This document shows, in pieces, positions 45,601 to 56,068 of a stretch of DNA of 64,000 bases. A program made the position numbers and the translations under genes. Positions within the stretch are counted from its first letter, which is position 1, and every line of letters begins with the position of its first letter. The notes below the pieces were generated by a model. It saw nothing but the letters and a program-made list of their open reading frames with translations, was not told the origin of the DNA and searched no databases. The stretch covers positions 32,001 through 96,000 of the IMG/VR virus record IMGVR_UViG_3300042691_026427; one strand, written 5' to 3'. This DNA is from a virus.

Positions 45601-48600
45601 CCAATTGAGCCAGTGAATCCGAGACCGCCTTGACTACCAGTAAATCCCAATGCAGCAAATGCACCAGAACTACCAGTGTATCCGTCAACTCCTATAGTAC
45701 CGTCTAAACCTGCACTACCAGTAAATCCGGCACCTTGACTACCAGTAAAACCAAATGATCCAGTAAATCCAAAACTACCAGTATAACTTTGACTACCAGT
45801 AAAACCAGCACCCTGACTGCCGGTGAATCCAATAGAGCCGGTGAATCCAAAACTACCAGTGTAACTTTGACTACCAGTAAATCCAGCACCTTGACTGCCG
45901 GTGAATCCAATTGAACCAATATAACCAACTGATCCTACATAACCTTCACTACCAGTGTAACTTTGACTACCAGTATATCCAATAGAGCCAGTAAATCCAA
46001 TAGAGCCAGTAAATCCAAATGAACCAGTAAATCCTGATGATCCAGTAAAACTTTGACTACCAGTGTATCCTATTGATCCAGTATAACCGATTGATCCTAT
46101 ATAACCTTCACTACCAGTGTAACTTTGACTACCGGTAAAGCCAATACCTTGACTGCCAGTATATCCAATTGAACCAGTAAATCCGATTGAACCAATATAA
46201 CCAACTGATCCTACATAACCTTCACTGCCGGTATAACCGATTGAACCAGTAAATGCTCTACTACCGGTATAACCTTCACTACCTGTAAATCCTGATGATC
46301 CAGTGTAACTTTGACTACCAGTATATCCAATAGAGCCGGTGAATCCAATAGAGCCAGTAAATCCAAATGAACCAGTGTAGCCAGATGATCCAGTGTAACT
46401 TTGACTACCAGTATATCCAATAGAGCCAGTAAATCCAATAGAGCCAGTAAATCCAAATGAACCAGTAAATCCTGATGACCCGGTGTAACTTTGACTACCA
46501 GTGAATCCCAATGAACCTGTGAATCCCAATGAACCAGTGAATCCAAATGAACCTGTGAATCCTGATGATCCAGTAAAACTTTGACTACCAGTGTATCCTA
46601 TTGATCCAGTATAACCGATTGATCCTATATAACCTTCACTACCAGTGTAACTTTGACTACCGGTATATCCGATGCTACCAGTAAATCCAATGCTACCAGT
46701 AAATCCAATGCTACCAGTAAATCCCGATGATCCTGTGTAACTTTGACTACCTGTATATCCAATTGAACCGGTATATCCGATGCTACCAGTAAATCCCGAT
46801 GATCCTGTGTAACTTTGACTACCTGTATATCCAATTGAACCGGTATATCCGATGCTACCAGTAAATCCCGATGATCCTGTGAATCCCAACGAACCAGTGT
46901 AACTTTGACTACCAGTATATCCAATAGAGCCAGTGTAACCAAGACTTCCGTTGTATCCTTTGGCACCGCCATTCATAAACCATGCAGCAACAGTTGAATT
47001 GGTACCACCACTTCCCGATATTACTACAAATGCAATACTGTCGCCAGTAACAAACGGCAAATACAAATCATTTGCAATTCCAAAAGTTGCTCCATTTGCG
47101 GCTGTTACAAATACACCAGTACCAACACCGTTCTTAAGAACTTCAATTGATACGTCTGACGTGTAGGCTGAATCAGCATCTACTGTTAATGAAATTAAAA
47201 TTGCATCTTCGGGGAATGTAACACCTGCGCCAAGAGTGTTAGTTCCATTACCAAATCCAAAATATCCACCTGCTGTTAAATTAGTGCTATGTTGTCCAAA
47301 TATTACATATCGGCCACCACCGGGTCCTGCACTACCAGCAAATCCTACTGATCCCACATAACCACTACTACCAGTAAAGCTTTGACTGCCTGTAAATCCA
47401 ATACTACCAGTAAATCCAATGGAACCAACAAATCCTCTACTACCTAGGAAACCTCTACTACCTGTAAAGCCCTCACTACCTGTAAAGCCCTCACTACCTG
47501 TAAAGCCCTCACTACCTGTAAATCCAGAACCTTGACTACCGGTAAATCCCTGACTACCAGCAAATCCTCGACTACCTGTAAATCCTGCGCTTCCGAAAAA
47601 TCCTCTACTGCCCAGGAAGCCTCTACTGCCTACAAAGCCCTCACTACCTGAATAGCCCTCGCTACCAGTAAATCCAAAGCTACCAGTAAATCCAAAGCTA
47701 CCAGTAAATCCAAAGCTGCCTGAAAAACCTCGGCTACCTGCAAAACCTTCACTTCCCCTAAAGCCTCTACTGCCTGCAAAACCTATTGCAGCAAATGCAC
47801 CAGAACTACCAGTAAATCCTCGACTACCGGTCATGCCGACGCTACCTGCAAATCCTTCACTGCCAGAGAATCCAATGCTGCCAGTAAATCCTAATGCAGC
47901 AAATGCACCTGAACTTCCTACAAATCCTAATTGTCCTTGACTACCGGTGAATCCGTCACTACCAGCAAATCCGTGACTACCGGAGAATCCTCGACTGCCA
48001 GTGAAACTTTGACTACCAGTAAATCCAATACTACCTGTGAATCCAAATGATCCTACGAAACCTTCACTACCGGTATAGCTTTGACTACCAGAGAATCCAA
48101 TACTTCCTTGGCTACCAGTAAATCCAAATGATCCTACAAAGCCTTCACTTCCGGCAAATCCTTGACTACCAGTGAATCCTCGACTGCCGGTGAATCCTCG
48201 GCTACCATTATAACCTAACTCACCAACACTGCCAACAAATCCACTACTACCAGTAAAGCCTGCACCTTGACTACCAGTAAATCCAATTGAGCCAGTATAG
48301 CCAACACTACCGGTAAAACTTTGACTACCTGTAAATCCAATACTACCGGTGAATCCAATGCTACCAGTATATCCTACTGATCCCACATAACCACTACTAC
48401 CGGTAAAACTTTGACTACCTGTAAATCCAATACTACCAGTAAATCCAATCGATCCTACATAACCTTCACTACCTACAAAGCCTCGTGAACCAGTAAAACC
48501 TTGACTACCTGTAAATGCTCTACTACCGGTATAACCTTCACTACCTGTAAATCCTGCGCTTCCAACAAATCCTCTACTACCAGTAAAACTTTGACTGCCT

Positions 48601-51600
48601 GTAAATCCAATGCTACCAGTAAATCCAAATGAACCAGTAAATCCCGATGATCCAGTAAAACTTTGACTACCAGTAAATCCAGCACCTTGACTACCAGTGA
48701 ATCCAATTGAGCCAGTATAGCCACTACTACCAGTAAAACTTTGACTACCAGTAAATCCAATACTACCGGTGAATCCAATTGATCCTGCAAATCCCACACT
48801 GCCTATAAAACCTCGGCTACCAGTGAACCCAATGCTACCAGTGAACCCAATGCTACCACTAAATCCGACACTGCCAGTGAATCCCGATGATCCTACAAAA
48901 CCTGCACTACCTGCAAAACCTTGACTACCGGTGAATCCTTGGCTACCAGTATAACCTAACCCACCAATACTACCGGTAAATCCGACACTACCAGTAAAAC
49001 CGGCACCTTGACTACCGGTGAATCCAACACTACCGATAAATCCAGCACTACCAGTAAAGCTTTGACTGCCTGTAAATCCAATACTACCAGTAAATCCTTC
49101 GCTGCCTACAAAACCTCGGCTACCTGCAAAACCTCTAGATCCAGTAAATCCTGAACTGCCAGAGAATCCAATGCTGCCAGTAAACCCTGCTGATCCCTGA
49201 GCACCACTACTACCGGTAAAACTTTGACTGCCGGTATAACCAATACTACCGGTGAAGCCGATGCTACCAGTATATCCCAATTCTCCTACACTTCCTGCAA
49301 ATCCTGCACTGCCAGAGAATCCACTACTTCCTGTAAATCCAATTGAGCCGGTATAACCAAATGATCCTACAAAACCTGCACTGCCAACATAGCCGTCACT
49401 GCCAGTGAATCCAATACTACCCGTAAAACCTTGACTTCCTATAAATCCTCTGCTACCTACAAATCCTCTGCTACCTACAAATCCTTCGCTTCCTGTAAAT
49501 CCGTGACTACCAGAAAATCCTTGACTACCTGCGTAACCTTGACTGCCTGTAAATCCTAGTGCAGCAAATGCGCCAGAACTACCAGTAAATCCAAACGATC
49601 CTACAAAGCCCTCACTACCAGTGTAACCTTCGCTACCAGTATAACCTGCGCTTCCCGAATATCCTTGACTACCAGTAAATCCAATGCTACCAGTGTAACC
49701 TTCACTGCCGAAGTAACCTGTGCTACCAGCAAAGCCTCTACTGCCCAAGAATCCTTGACTGCCACTATATGCTTGACTGCCAGTAAATCCAAAACGTCCT
49801 TCGCTACCAACAAAACTAGTTTCGCCTCTGCTACCAGTGTAGCCGAACGATCCACTATAGCCGAGACTTCCACTAAAGCCAACACTGCCCGCAAAGCCTT
49901 TGCTTCCGGTGTATCCTTGACTACCTACATAGGCTTTACTACCTGTGTAACCTAACTCACCTACACTTCCCGAATAACCTGTTATGCGGCCAGCGTCGAT
50001 CCAATCAGTACCATCCCAGACAAATAATTTCCCCGTATCGGTAACAATTATACCGTCGCCATCTTGTCCAAAATACGGAACCGGTAATGCGGTATCAGTA
50101 GGCACAGTTCCGATAACTTGTAGACCTGTACCTTGATCTCCTTTAGCTCCTTGGCTACCTGTGTAACCTAGGTTACCTCTCGATCCAACAAAACCTTCAC
50201 TACCTACATAACCTTCACTGCCTGTATAGCCAATACTTCCAGTGTAACCTTCACTGCCAATAAATCCTTTACTACCAGTAAATCCTGCTCCTCGACTTCC
50301 AGTGTAGCCTACACTGCCGCCGTAACCTTTGCCAGATGTATTTGTTATCGCTTGGAAAACATTTAATTGGAATGTAACTGACTTAGACTGTGGAATTGCG
50401 TCTGTAACTGTTATTGTAAATGTTAAAGGTGCGCTAGTTAACAATAACGGAGTACCAGAAATGTATCCAGTTGCATTATTAAAGTTTAATCCTAATGGCA
50501 ATGAATTAACAGAAGTATCTAATGCATATGTGTAACTTGAACTAGGAGTCGAATAGCCGCCACTGACTGCCACAGGTAGAACCTGATCAAATTGGTTTTG
50601 TGTAAAGTTAATGGGATTAACTGGAACTGTCACTAATAGTTCAGGCGGTGCGCTTGTACCAATTGTTAATACAAACGACGATGTAGATTCTTGTCCAATA
50701 CTGTCTGTTACTTTAACAATGTAAGTAGTTGATATACCCGGGTCAGTAGGTGTTCCTTCTACTTCGCCAGTAAATGCATCATACACTACAGTATTAGGCA
50801 GTGTAGGAGGAATTAATGAATATGTTAATACACCAGAACCGTCGGACGCAAGTACTGGAATGATAGAAGTTGTAATCGCAGCATATCGAGTTAATACTAC
50901 TTCAGCCTGTTGCACTGTTAATGTAATAGGCTTTGGTTGAATTACTATCGTAACATCTGTACTGGTCGATTGTGGTATTGCAGCACTGTCAGTAACTGTA
51001 ATTGTATAAGTTGCTGTGTTTGAAATTACTGTAGGAGTTCCGGAGATAGCACCAGTTGATACATTTAGACCTAAACTTAGCGGCAATGTCGGAGAAATAG
51101 AATACTTTAGTGCGCCAGTTCCGCCATTTCCTTCAAAAGGTTTAATCAGTGTAGCAGGCACACCTATCGTATAAACTAAAGAACTTGTATTAACGATAGC
51201 AACTAACGGTTGTGGAGGATTAATTCCAATACTAATTGATGTACTAGTTGTTTGTACAACTCCACCACTATCTGTTACAGTAATTGTATAAGAAGCAGTG
51301 GTTAATGTAACAGTAGGAGTACCAGCTAAGATGCCCGATGTACTATAAGTTAATCCGGTTCCAGTTAGTGAAGGTGCAATACCGAATGCATACGGAGTGA
51401 CGCCGCCGGTAACAGTTACAGGCTGTAGTGCAGTGAATGATTTATATTGTGTGAATACATTACTAGCACTCACTACCGTAGGAGTCAACGGCGGATCAAT
51501 TACTGTTAATGTAAATGTTTGTGTGCTCTTTTGACCAACTGCATCAGTTGCAGTTACGTTAAACGGAACGGCAACTTGTATTACCTGTGCAATTCCCGTA

Positions 51601-54600
51601 ATAAATCCGTTAGTTGTACTGATAGTTAATCCACTTGGCAATGTTGGACTAATCGAAAACGATATATTTCCAAACCCACCAGTAGCACTTACAGGAGCAA
51701 CATTAGCATTCTCTATTAGACGTGTTAATTTGACTGTGGAAGTATCTAATACAGTTGTTAAAGAAGGAAGATCTACAACATTTAAGTTAAATGTAGCGGT
51801 GCTTCTATTATTCCAATAATCGCGTACAGTAATACTATACGTAGTAGTACTTAATACCGATGTAGCGATTCCGCTAACAAAACCTGTACTTGTACTAAAA
51901 ATTAAATTTCCAGGTAATGCAGGATCAATAATGTAACTAATAGGACTGTAGCCATCGGCACCATCAACTGGCTTAAACGGCACAGCATTGACAGATCTAG
52001 TCAACTGTCTAGAAGGAATTCGTAATGTTGCACTGACTGGCGGTGGTATAACATTTAATGAAAATGTTGCAGTTACTACTTGGTCTGCCTCATCACTAAT
52101 CGTAACAGAATAATTTGTTGCGGTATTAATATAAGCAGAGGCAGATCCTCCTAATAGTCCTTGATTAAATGTAATACCTGTCGGTAAAGTAGATGGAGCA
52201 AGGACATAGGTTAAAGTTCCATAACCTCCGCTGGCTGCAAACAACCGTATAGGAGCAAAAGGAACGCTTTGAGGAAGAACTACAGTAGATGTACTTGTTG
52301 TTAGAACCAATGGTCCTGGTTCATCTATTTGAAGATCAAATGTTTGTTGCTCAAAAGAATCAGGTTCAAATCCAAATTTACTTCTACTGTCATATACAGT
52401 AACAATATAAGTTTGATTGCCTTGTGAAATTCTAGGAATTCCATTCACCACACCAGTTGAAGTACTGTAAGTTAGGTCAGCAGGTAACGGCGTATCTATT
52501 ATAAATCTTAATGGCGGTATGCCGCCTGCAGCTATAATTGGGGTAAATGTAGTTGCAACATTTTTTGTTAATACAGACCCAGGAACATCTACACTTAATT
52601 CTATAGGTGGTCCGCTTGAAATAGATAATGTAAAAGTACCCGATTCGGATTGACTTGGTACAGAACTGTCGGTAGCCGTAATTGTAAATGTAGCTGTATT
52701 AAAAGAAACAGTGGTATTTCCACTAATCCTACCGGTTGAAGTTGTAAAAATTAACGGACTAGGTAAAGCTGGGCTAATACTGAAAGATAACGGATTAGTT
52801 CCGCCGCTTGCTGTAATAGGAGTATTAGAATAAGGTCCACTATACTCCACTAAATTTATTGAAGAATTTACAACCGTTATAATAATGCCTGGTGGCTTTT
52901 TAATAAACAGTGCAAAAGTTGCTGTACTAATCGATCCAACACTATCAGTTACCTGAACAGTAAACGTTGAAGTGTTAAAAGTTGAAGTTGTATTTCCTGA
53001 TAATACGCCAGTAGAACTTGAATATGTTAATGGGCTTGGTAGTGGTGGCGTAATATTGTAAACTAATACAGGAATGCCGCCAGTAGCACTAACTGGTGTA
53101 AAAGAATATGGACCGCTAAAAGAATCTAAAATTAAATTAGGATTATTAACCGTTAATATTGGAGGAGTAGGTGGTCTTACGTATAAACTAAATGACCCTG
53201 TACTGATTGCATTAATAGAATCTGTAACTGTTACGCTATAACTACTGGTATTAAAAGTACCAGTAGTTGAACCAACAATTTGTCCAGTTGAGGTACTGAA
53301 AAATAATGTACCCGGTAATGAGCTAGGACTTAAACTAAAACTTAATGTTCCAACACCACCCGAGGCACCGATTGGAGTTAATAGGAAAGGTCCTGCATAT
53401 GCAGAAAACACAACTGTTGAAGAATTAACAACAATAGTTGGCGGAACAGGAGGTTTAATATATAAAGTAAATGTTCCAGTGTTAATCTGATTCACTGAAT
53501 CACTAACACTTACACTGAAAGTATTTGTATTATAAGTCGATGTGGTTGATCCAGATACTCTGCCGGTTGATGTTGTAAAGGTTAATGGTGAAGGTAAAGG
53601 TTGATTAATATTATAAACTAACGAGCCTTTGCCTCCGGTACCAGTAACTGGAAAAAATGAATATGGGCCGCCAAACGAATCTAAAATTAAATTAGGATTA
53701 TTAACAGTTATCGTAATTGGTGTCGGCGGTGGTTCTGGGGCTACATATAATGAGAATGTACCTGTATTGTTACCTCCAAGAGAATCCGTAACAGTTACTA
53801 TATAAGTAGATGTAATTAATGTTGTAGTTGCTGTTCCAAAAATTGTGCCTGTATTAGTAAAAGTAAGACCGTTGGGCGGCGGAATACTAGGACTTACAGA
53901 ATATGTAAATGGCGCTACTCCACCTGAGCTTGCTGTAATTGGTCGAATATAATTTGCAAATGTTATATTTTGAACTAATCTTATAGAAGACGATGTTTGC
54001 GTAAGAACTATTGGTGGCAGATTAACTGCAAGTAAAAATGAACTGGCAGTCGTTTGTGCTAGCCAATCAGTTACTGTTACTGTATAAGATGTGCTACTAC
54101 TCTGCACAGTAGGAACACCACTATAGGTGCCTGTACTTGTGTTAAATGATAAACTTATAGGTAAAGAAGGACTAATGCTAAAAGTAGAAGTTCCGAATCC
54201 TCCTGTAACATTGACAGGTTTAACTGGTGATGTTATAGGTACATTGTAGGTTAGATTTTGCGGACCTACTACAGAAGTTACAACTAAGGCCGGCGGAGGA
54301 TTAATAGTTAAATTAAAATTCGACGAAGTTGTAGCACTAATTTCATCATAAATGGTAACTGTATATGTAGTTTGAGGTAGTATACTTGTTGCAGTTCCAC
54401 TAATTGTACCTGTACTAGAAAAAGTTAGACCAGTTTGAGAATTTAGATTGGGACTTATAGTATATGTAAGGCTACCAAACCCTCCAGATCCTGTAATTGG
54501 TCTAAATGGGACAACAGGAACAGTATTTTTAACAAGAACAACACTACTACTTGAAACAACTGCTGTTAACGGTCCCGAAGTTACACTTAATGAAAAAGAT

Positions 54601-56036
54601 TTTGAATCGGTCTGCGAAATACTATCAGTAACACTTACTGTAAATGATTGAGATATCTGGGAAGTAGGGGTGCCAGAAATTTGTCCAGTAGATGAGTTAA
54701 ACGTTAATCCTGTTAAAGTCTGAATATTAGGATTAATTGACCATACAACAGTTCCATAGCCCGCAGCAGTGGGGACTAGTGTAGCTGGTGAAAATGCGGT
54801 GATTGCGGCATTAACAGAAAATTGATAGCTTGTAACAGTCTGTTGTAAATTTAATGACGGTACAGCTAAGACTGAAAGTGTAAAACTTTTTGCACTAGTA
54901 TTTGCAGTAGGAGTAGTACTGTCTGTAACTGTTACTGTTACCGTTGCTGTACTAACTTGTGTAGCTACTCCTGAAATAAAACCAGTTGATGGATCAATAC
55001 TTAATCCGGCAGGTAATCCAGTTTGACTGTAAATATACGGGGTTTTACCACCACTAGCAGTCACTGGCTTAAATGCTGTAAATGATTGGCCTACATATAA
55101 TGTAGGAATAGTTCCTAATGTGCTGCCCAGCGGCGCAGTTACTGTTCCGGCTGCAATAGCAATAGAATAAGATTGTTGGTTGCTTTTAGGAGGAGCAAAA
55201 CTATCTGCAACTGCAATTGTAAAATTTGCAGTACCTGCTGGGCCAGTTGGTGTTCCGCTGATAACACCAGTAGTTGAATTTAACGTAAGTCCGTTTGGTA
55301 GACTACCACTTTGTACGGCAAATATAAATGGAGCAGTTCCTGTTCCTGAATTTACTGAAACAGTAGTAGTATATGCAACACCTACTGTTCCGGCTGGTCG
55401 AGCAACAGATGTTAATACTGGTGCAGTAGCAACAACGGTTCCAGATCCAGTTACAACTTCTAAATTAAAACTTACAGATTTTGTCGAACCGGCTTGGTCA
55501 GTAATTGTAATTGTATACGAAGTAGATGGAGATGTAACAGTAGGGGTACCTGTTACTGAATAGGATACAGAGTTGTGCAGCCAAGGACCTGTTCCGTCAC
55601 TTGCATTTGCAGACTTAATGGAACCGGTGCCTATTAATGTTAAACCGGCAGGAAGAGCAGGAACAATTGCTGATGTGTAAACCGGTGTAGTACCAGGCTT
55701 AGTTGCTGACGTTCCGCCAGTTGGGTATATAGATGTTCCGCCATAAAATTCAACAACACCTTGATTTGCAAGCGCATTTACACCAAGAGAGAAGGTAGTA
55801 CCGAGGGCAGTACCAATTAATTCAGGAATAAATGGTGCAATAACAGTGTTTACGTTGCGAGGATAAGGACCTGCGGCCGGTTTTGCCCATAGGATTTTAC
55901 CTGCGTTGATACCCGTACCAACGCTGGCTTTAGATTGGCTACCGGCGTTGGTAACATACCAATCGCCGGCTCCGTAATTATAATTGGAGGCTACCGGAGT
56001 GGCTGCGGGGTAAGTGGAATAAAAAATTGCTGGCAC
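42618..56036 (-). CDS. Giant (4472 aa) virion fibre/adhesin with about 18 Ig-like (He_PIG-type) repeats and a long G-x-x repeat stalk
   Basis: Repeated GG..P..Y...P.LP.GL.....TG.ISGTP...TVTD units, then hundreds of G-[FY]-[TSVA]-G-S-x units. GTG start 4 nt after TAAATA. Confidence 0.85.
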   Translation of the reverse strand: MPAIFYSTYPAATPVASNYNYGAGDWYVTNAGSQSKASVGTGINAGKILWAKPAAGPYPRNVNTVIAPFIPELIGTALGTTFSLGVNALANQGVVEFYGGTSIYPTGGTSATKPGTTPVYTSAIVPALPAGLTLIGTGSIKSANASDGTGPWLHNSVSYSVTGTPTVTSPSTSYTITITDQAGSTKSVSFNLEVVTGSGTVVATAPVLTSVARPAGTVGVAYTTTVSVNSGTGTAPFIFAVQSGSLPNGLTLNSTTGVISGTPTGPAGTANFTIAVADSFAPPKSNQQSYSIAIAAGTVTAPLGSTLGTIPTLYVGQSFTAFKPVTASGGKTPYIYSQTGLPAGLSIDPSTGFISGVATQVSTATVTVTVTDSTTPTANTSAKSFTLSVLAVPSLNLQQTVTSYQFSVNAAITAFSPATLVPTAAGYGTVVWSINPNIQTLTGLTFNSSTGQISGTPTSQISQSFTVSVTDSISQTDSKSFSLSVTSGPLTAVVSSSSVVLVKNTVPVVPFRPITGSGGFGSLTYTISPNLNSQTGLTFSSTGTISGTATSILPQTTYTVTIYDEISATTSSNFNLTINPPPALVVTSVVGPQNLTYNVPITSPVKPVNVTGGFGTSTFSISPSLPISLSFNTSTGTYSGVPTVQSSSTSYTVTVTDWLAQTTASSFLLAVNLPPIVLTQTSSSIRLVQNITFANYIRPITASSGGVAPFTYSVSPSIPPPNGLTFTNTGTIFGTATTTLITSTYIVTVTDSLGGNNTGTFSLYVAPEPPPTPITITVNNPNLILDSFGGPYSFFPVTGTGGKGSLVYNINQPLPSPLTFTTSTGRVSGSTTSTYNTNTFSVSVSDSVNQINTGTFTLYIKPPVPPTIVVNSSTVVFSAYAGPFLLTPIGASGGVGTLSFSLSPSSLPGTLFFSTSTGQIVGSTTGTFNTSSYSVTVTDSINAISTGSFSLYVRPPTPPILTVNNPNLILDSFSGPYSFTPVSATGGIPVLVYNITPPLPSPLTYSSSTGVLSGNTTSTFNTSTFTVQVTDSVGSISTATFALFIKKPPGIIITVVNSSINLVEYSGPYSNTPITASGGTNPLSFSISPALPSPLIFTTSTGRISGNTTVSFNTATFTITATDSSVPSQSESGTFTLSISSGPPIELSVDVPGSVLTKNVATTFTPIIAAGGIPPLRFIIDTPLPADLTYSTSTGVVNGIPRISQGNQTYIVTVYDSRSKFGFEPDSFEQQTFDLQIDEPGPLVLTTSTSTVVLPQSVPFAPIRLFAASGGYGTLTYVLAPSTLPTGITFNQGLLGGSASAYINTATNYSVTISDEADQVVTATFSLNVIPPPVSATLRIPSRQLTRSVNAVPFKPVDGADGYSPISYIIDPALPGNLIFSTSTGFVSGIATSVLSTTTYSITVRDYWNNRSTATFNLNVVDLPSLTTVLDTSTVKLTRLIENANVAPVSATGGFGNISFSISPTLPSGLTISTTNGFITGIAQVIQVAVPFNVTATDAVGQKSTQTFTLTVIDPPLTPTVVSASNVFTQYKSFTALQPVTVTGGVTPYAFGIAPSLTGTGLTYSTSGILAGTPTVTLTTASYTITVTDSGGVVQTTSTSISIGINPPQPLVAIVNTSSLVYTIGVPATLIKPFEGNGGTGALKYSISPTLPLSLGLNVSTGAISGTPTVISNTATYTITVTDSAAIPQSTSTDVTIVIQPKPITLTVQQAEVVLTRYAAITTSIIPVLASDGSGVLTYSLIPPTLPNTVVYDAFTGEVEGTPTDPGISTTYIVKVTDSIGQESTSSFVLTIGTSAPPELLVTVPVNPINFTQNQFDQVLPVAVSGGYSTPSSSYTYALDTSVNSLPLGLNFNNATGYISGTPLLLTSAPLTFTITVTDAIPQSKSVTFQLNVFQAITNTSGKGYGGSVGYTGSRGAGFTGSKGFIGSEGYTGSIGYTGSEGYVGSEGFVGSRGNLGYTGSQGAKGDQGTGLQVIGTVPTDTALPVPYFGQDGDGIIVTDTGKLFVWDGTDWIDAGRITGYSGSVGELGYTGSKAYVGSQGYTGSKGFAGSVGFSGSLGYSGSFGYTGSRGETSFVGSEGRFGFTGSQAYSGSQGFLGSRGFAGSTGYFGSEGYTGSIGFTGSQGYSGSAGYTGSEGYTGSEGFVGSFGFTGSSGAFAALGFTGSQGYAGSQGFSGSHGFTGSEGFVGSRGFVGSRGFIGSQGFTGSIGFTGSDGYVGSAGFVGSFGYTGSIGFTGSSGFSGSAGFAGSVGELGYTGSIGFTGSIGYTGSQSFTGSSGAQGSAGFTGSIGFSGSSGFTGSRGFAGSRGFVGSEGFTGSIGFTGSQSFTGSAGFIGSVGFTGSQGAGFTGSVGFTGSIGGLGYTGSQGFTGSQGFAGSAGFVGSSGFTGSVGFSGSIGFTGSIGFTGSRGFIGSVGFAGSIGFTGSIGFTGSQSFTGSSGYTGSIGFTGSQGAGFTGSQSFTGSSGFTGSFGFTGSIGFTGSQSFTGSRGFVGSAGFTGSEGYTGSRAFTGSQGFTGSRGFVGSEGYVGSIGFTGSIGFTGSQSFTGSSGYVGSVGYTGSIGFTGSIGFTGSQSFTGSVGYTGSIGFTGSQGAGFTGSSGFVGSVGELGYNGSRGFTGSRGFTGSQGFAGSEGFVGSFGFTGSQGSIGFSGSQSYTGSEGFVGSFGFTGSIGFTGSQSFTGSRGFSGSHGFAGSDGFTGSQGQLGFVGSSGAFAALGFTGSIGFSGSEGFAGSVGMTGSRGFTGSSGAFAAIGFAGSRGFRGSEGFAGSRGFSGSFGFTGSFGFTGSFGFTGSEGYSGSEGFVGSRGFLGSRGFFGSAGFTGSRGFAGSQGFTGSQGSGFTGSEGFTGSEGFTGSEGFTGSRGFLGSRGFVGSIGFTGSIGFTGSQSFTGSSGYVGSVGFAGSAGPGGGRYVIFGQHSTNLTAGGYFGFGNGTNTLGAGVTFPEDAILISLTVDADSAYTSDVSIEVLKNGVGTGVFVTAANGATFGIANDLYLPFVTGDSIAFVVISGSGGTNSTVAAWFMNGGAKGYNGSLGYTGSIGYTGSQSYTGSLGFTGSSGFTGSIGYTGSIGYTGSQSYTGSSGFTGSIGYTGSIGYTGSQSYTGSSGFTGSIGFTGSIGFTGSIGYTGSQSYTGSEGYIGSIGYTGSIGYTGSQSFTGSSGFTGSFGFTGSLGFTGSLGFTGSQSYTGSSGFTGSFGFTGSIGFTGSIGYTGSQSYTGSSGYTGSFGFTGSIGFTGSIGYTGSQSYTGSSGFTGSEGYTGSRAFTGSIGYTGSEGYVGSVGYIGSIGFTGSIGYTGSQGIGFTGSQSYTGSEGYIGSIGYTGSIGYTGSQSFTGSSGFTGSFGFTGSIGFTGSIGYTGSQSYTGSEGYVGSVGYIGSIGFTGSQGAGFTGSQSYTGSFGFTGSIGFTGSQGAGFTGSQSYTGSFGFTGSFGFTGSQGAGFTGSAGLDGTIGVDGYTGSSGAFAALGFTGSQGGLGFTGSIGFTGSQGAGFTGSQSFTGSFGYTGSFGFTGSSGAFAALGYTGSSADKGGLRYYYDTNRTAGVGTAGSLRTNNAIIANVTAIYINVNDVNGIGQTNYINQWDDSTNAIKGQLIIKNNSSTSNVFSAWNVTAILNQSTYFTLTVTYASGVYGVNNDQVVVEFIRTGDRGFTGSQGFTGSSGFAGSFGYSGSEGYVGSFGYTGSFGYSGSQGFTGSQSFTGSEGYVGSFGYSGSRGFTGSEGYVGSFGYTGSIGYSGSRGFTGSQSYTGSEGYVGSFGYTGSRGFTGSEGYVGSFGYTGSFGYTGSFGYTGSQSYTGSFGYTGSGFSGSQGFTGSQSFTGSQGFSGSQGFTGSQSFTGSFGFTGSFGFSGSQGFTGSQGFTGSQSFTGSFGYTGSRGFTGSEGYVGSFGYTGSFGYTGSFGYTGSGFTGSRGFTGSEGYVGSFGYTGSIGYTGSQSYTGSEGYVGSFGYTGSFGYTGSIGYTGSQSYTGSFGYTGSGFSGSQGFTGSQSFTGSQGFSGSQGFTGSQSFTGSFGFTGSFGFSGSQGFTGSQGFTGSQSFTGSFGFTGSFGFSGSQGFAGSQGFTGSFGFSGSQGDKGGLKYYFDNVTTAGVGSNGSLRFNNGVVTSVTSIFINNLDSLGSQINTYINQWANSTNPNKGQLIIENNLNTSPNINVWNVTSITTGTTFATLTVSYVAGAIPTNNDTLSLVFNRTGDQGFSGSQGFFGSAGFTGSFGFSGSFGYSGSQGFTGSRAFTGSGGYVGSFGYSGSFGYTGSRGFTGSEGFVGSFGYTGSFGFAGSRGFSGSKGESSFSYSATAPVSPVIGDRWFDSALGLEYVYTNDGDTFQWVEVAAGGGFLGPLGFTGSAGNVTAQGAIGFTGSAGFSDYMSVALSDEYSPLSAGTAVTFRTPYALTLTQLPRASLTTAGASIVTLDINKNGVSVLGANKLTIDAGEKTSTTAATPTTLVTTSFADDDEVTLDVDTIGSGAAGAKITIYYRKV
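42975..50330 (-). repeat. 18-nt (hexapeptide) tandem repeat tract inside the giant gene, interrupted by globular inserts
   Basis: Recurring ctaccagtaaatcc-type units on the + strand, encoding GFTGSx. Confidence 0.95.
43924..44687. repeat. Near-identical direct duplication of about 248 bp (43924-44171 and 44440-44687)
   Basis: Base-by-base reading shows identity except for one visible substitution, at an offset of 516 nt. Confidence 0.8.
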
Positions 56037-56068
56037 GGTATATTTATTGCTTGTTAAAGTTCAATTTG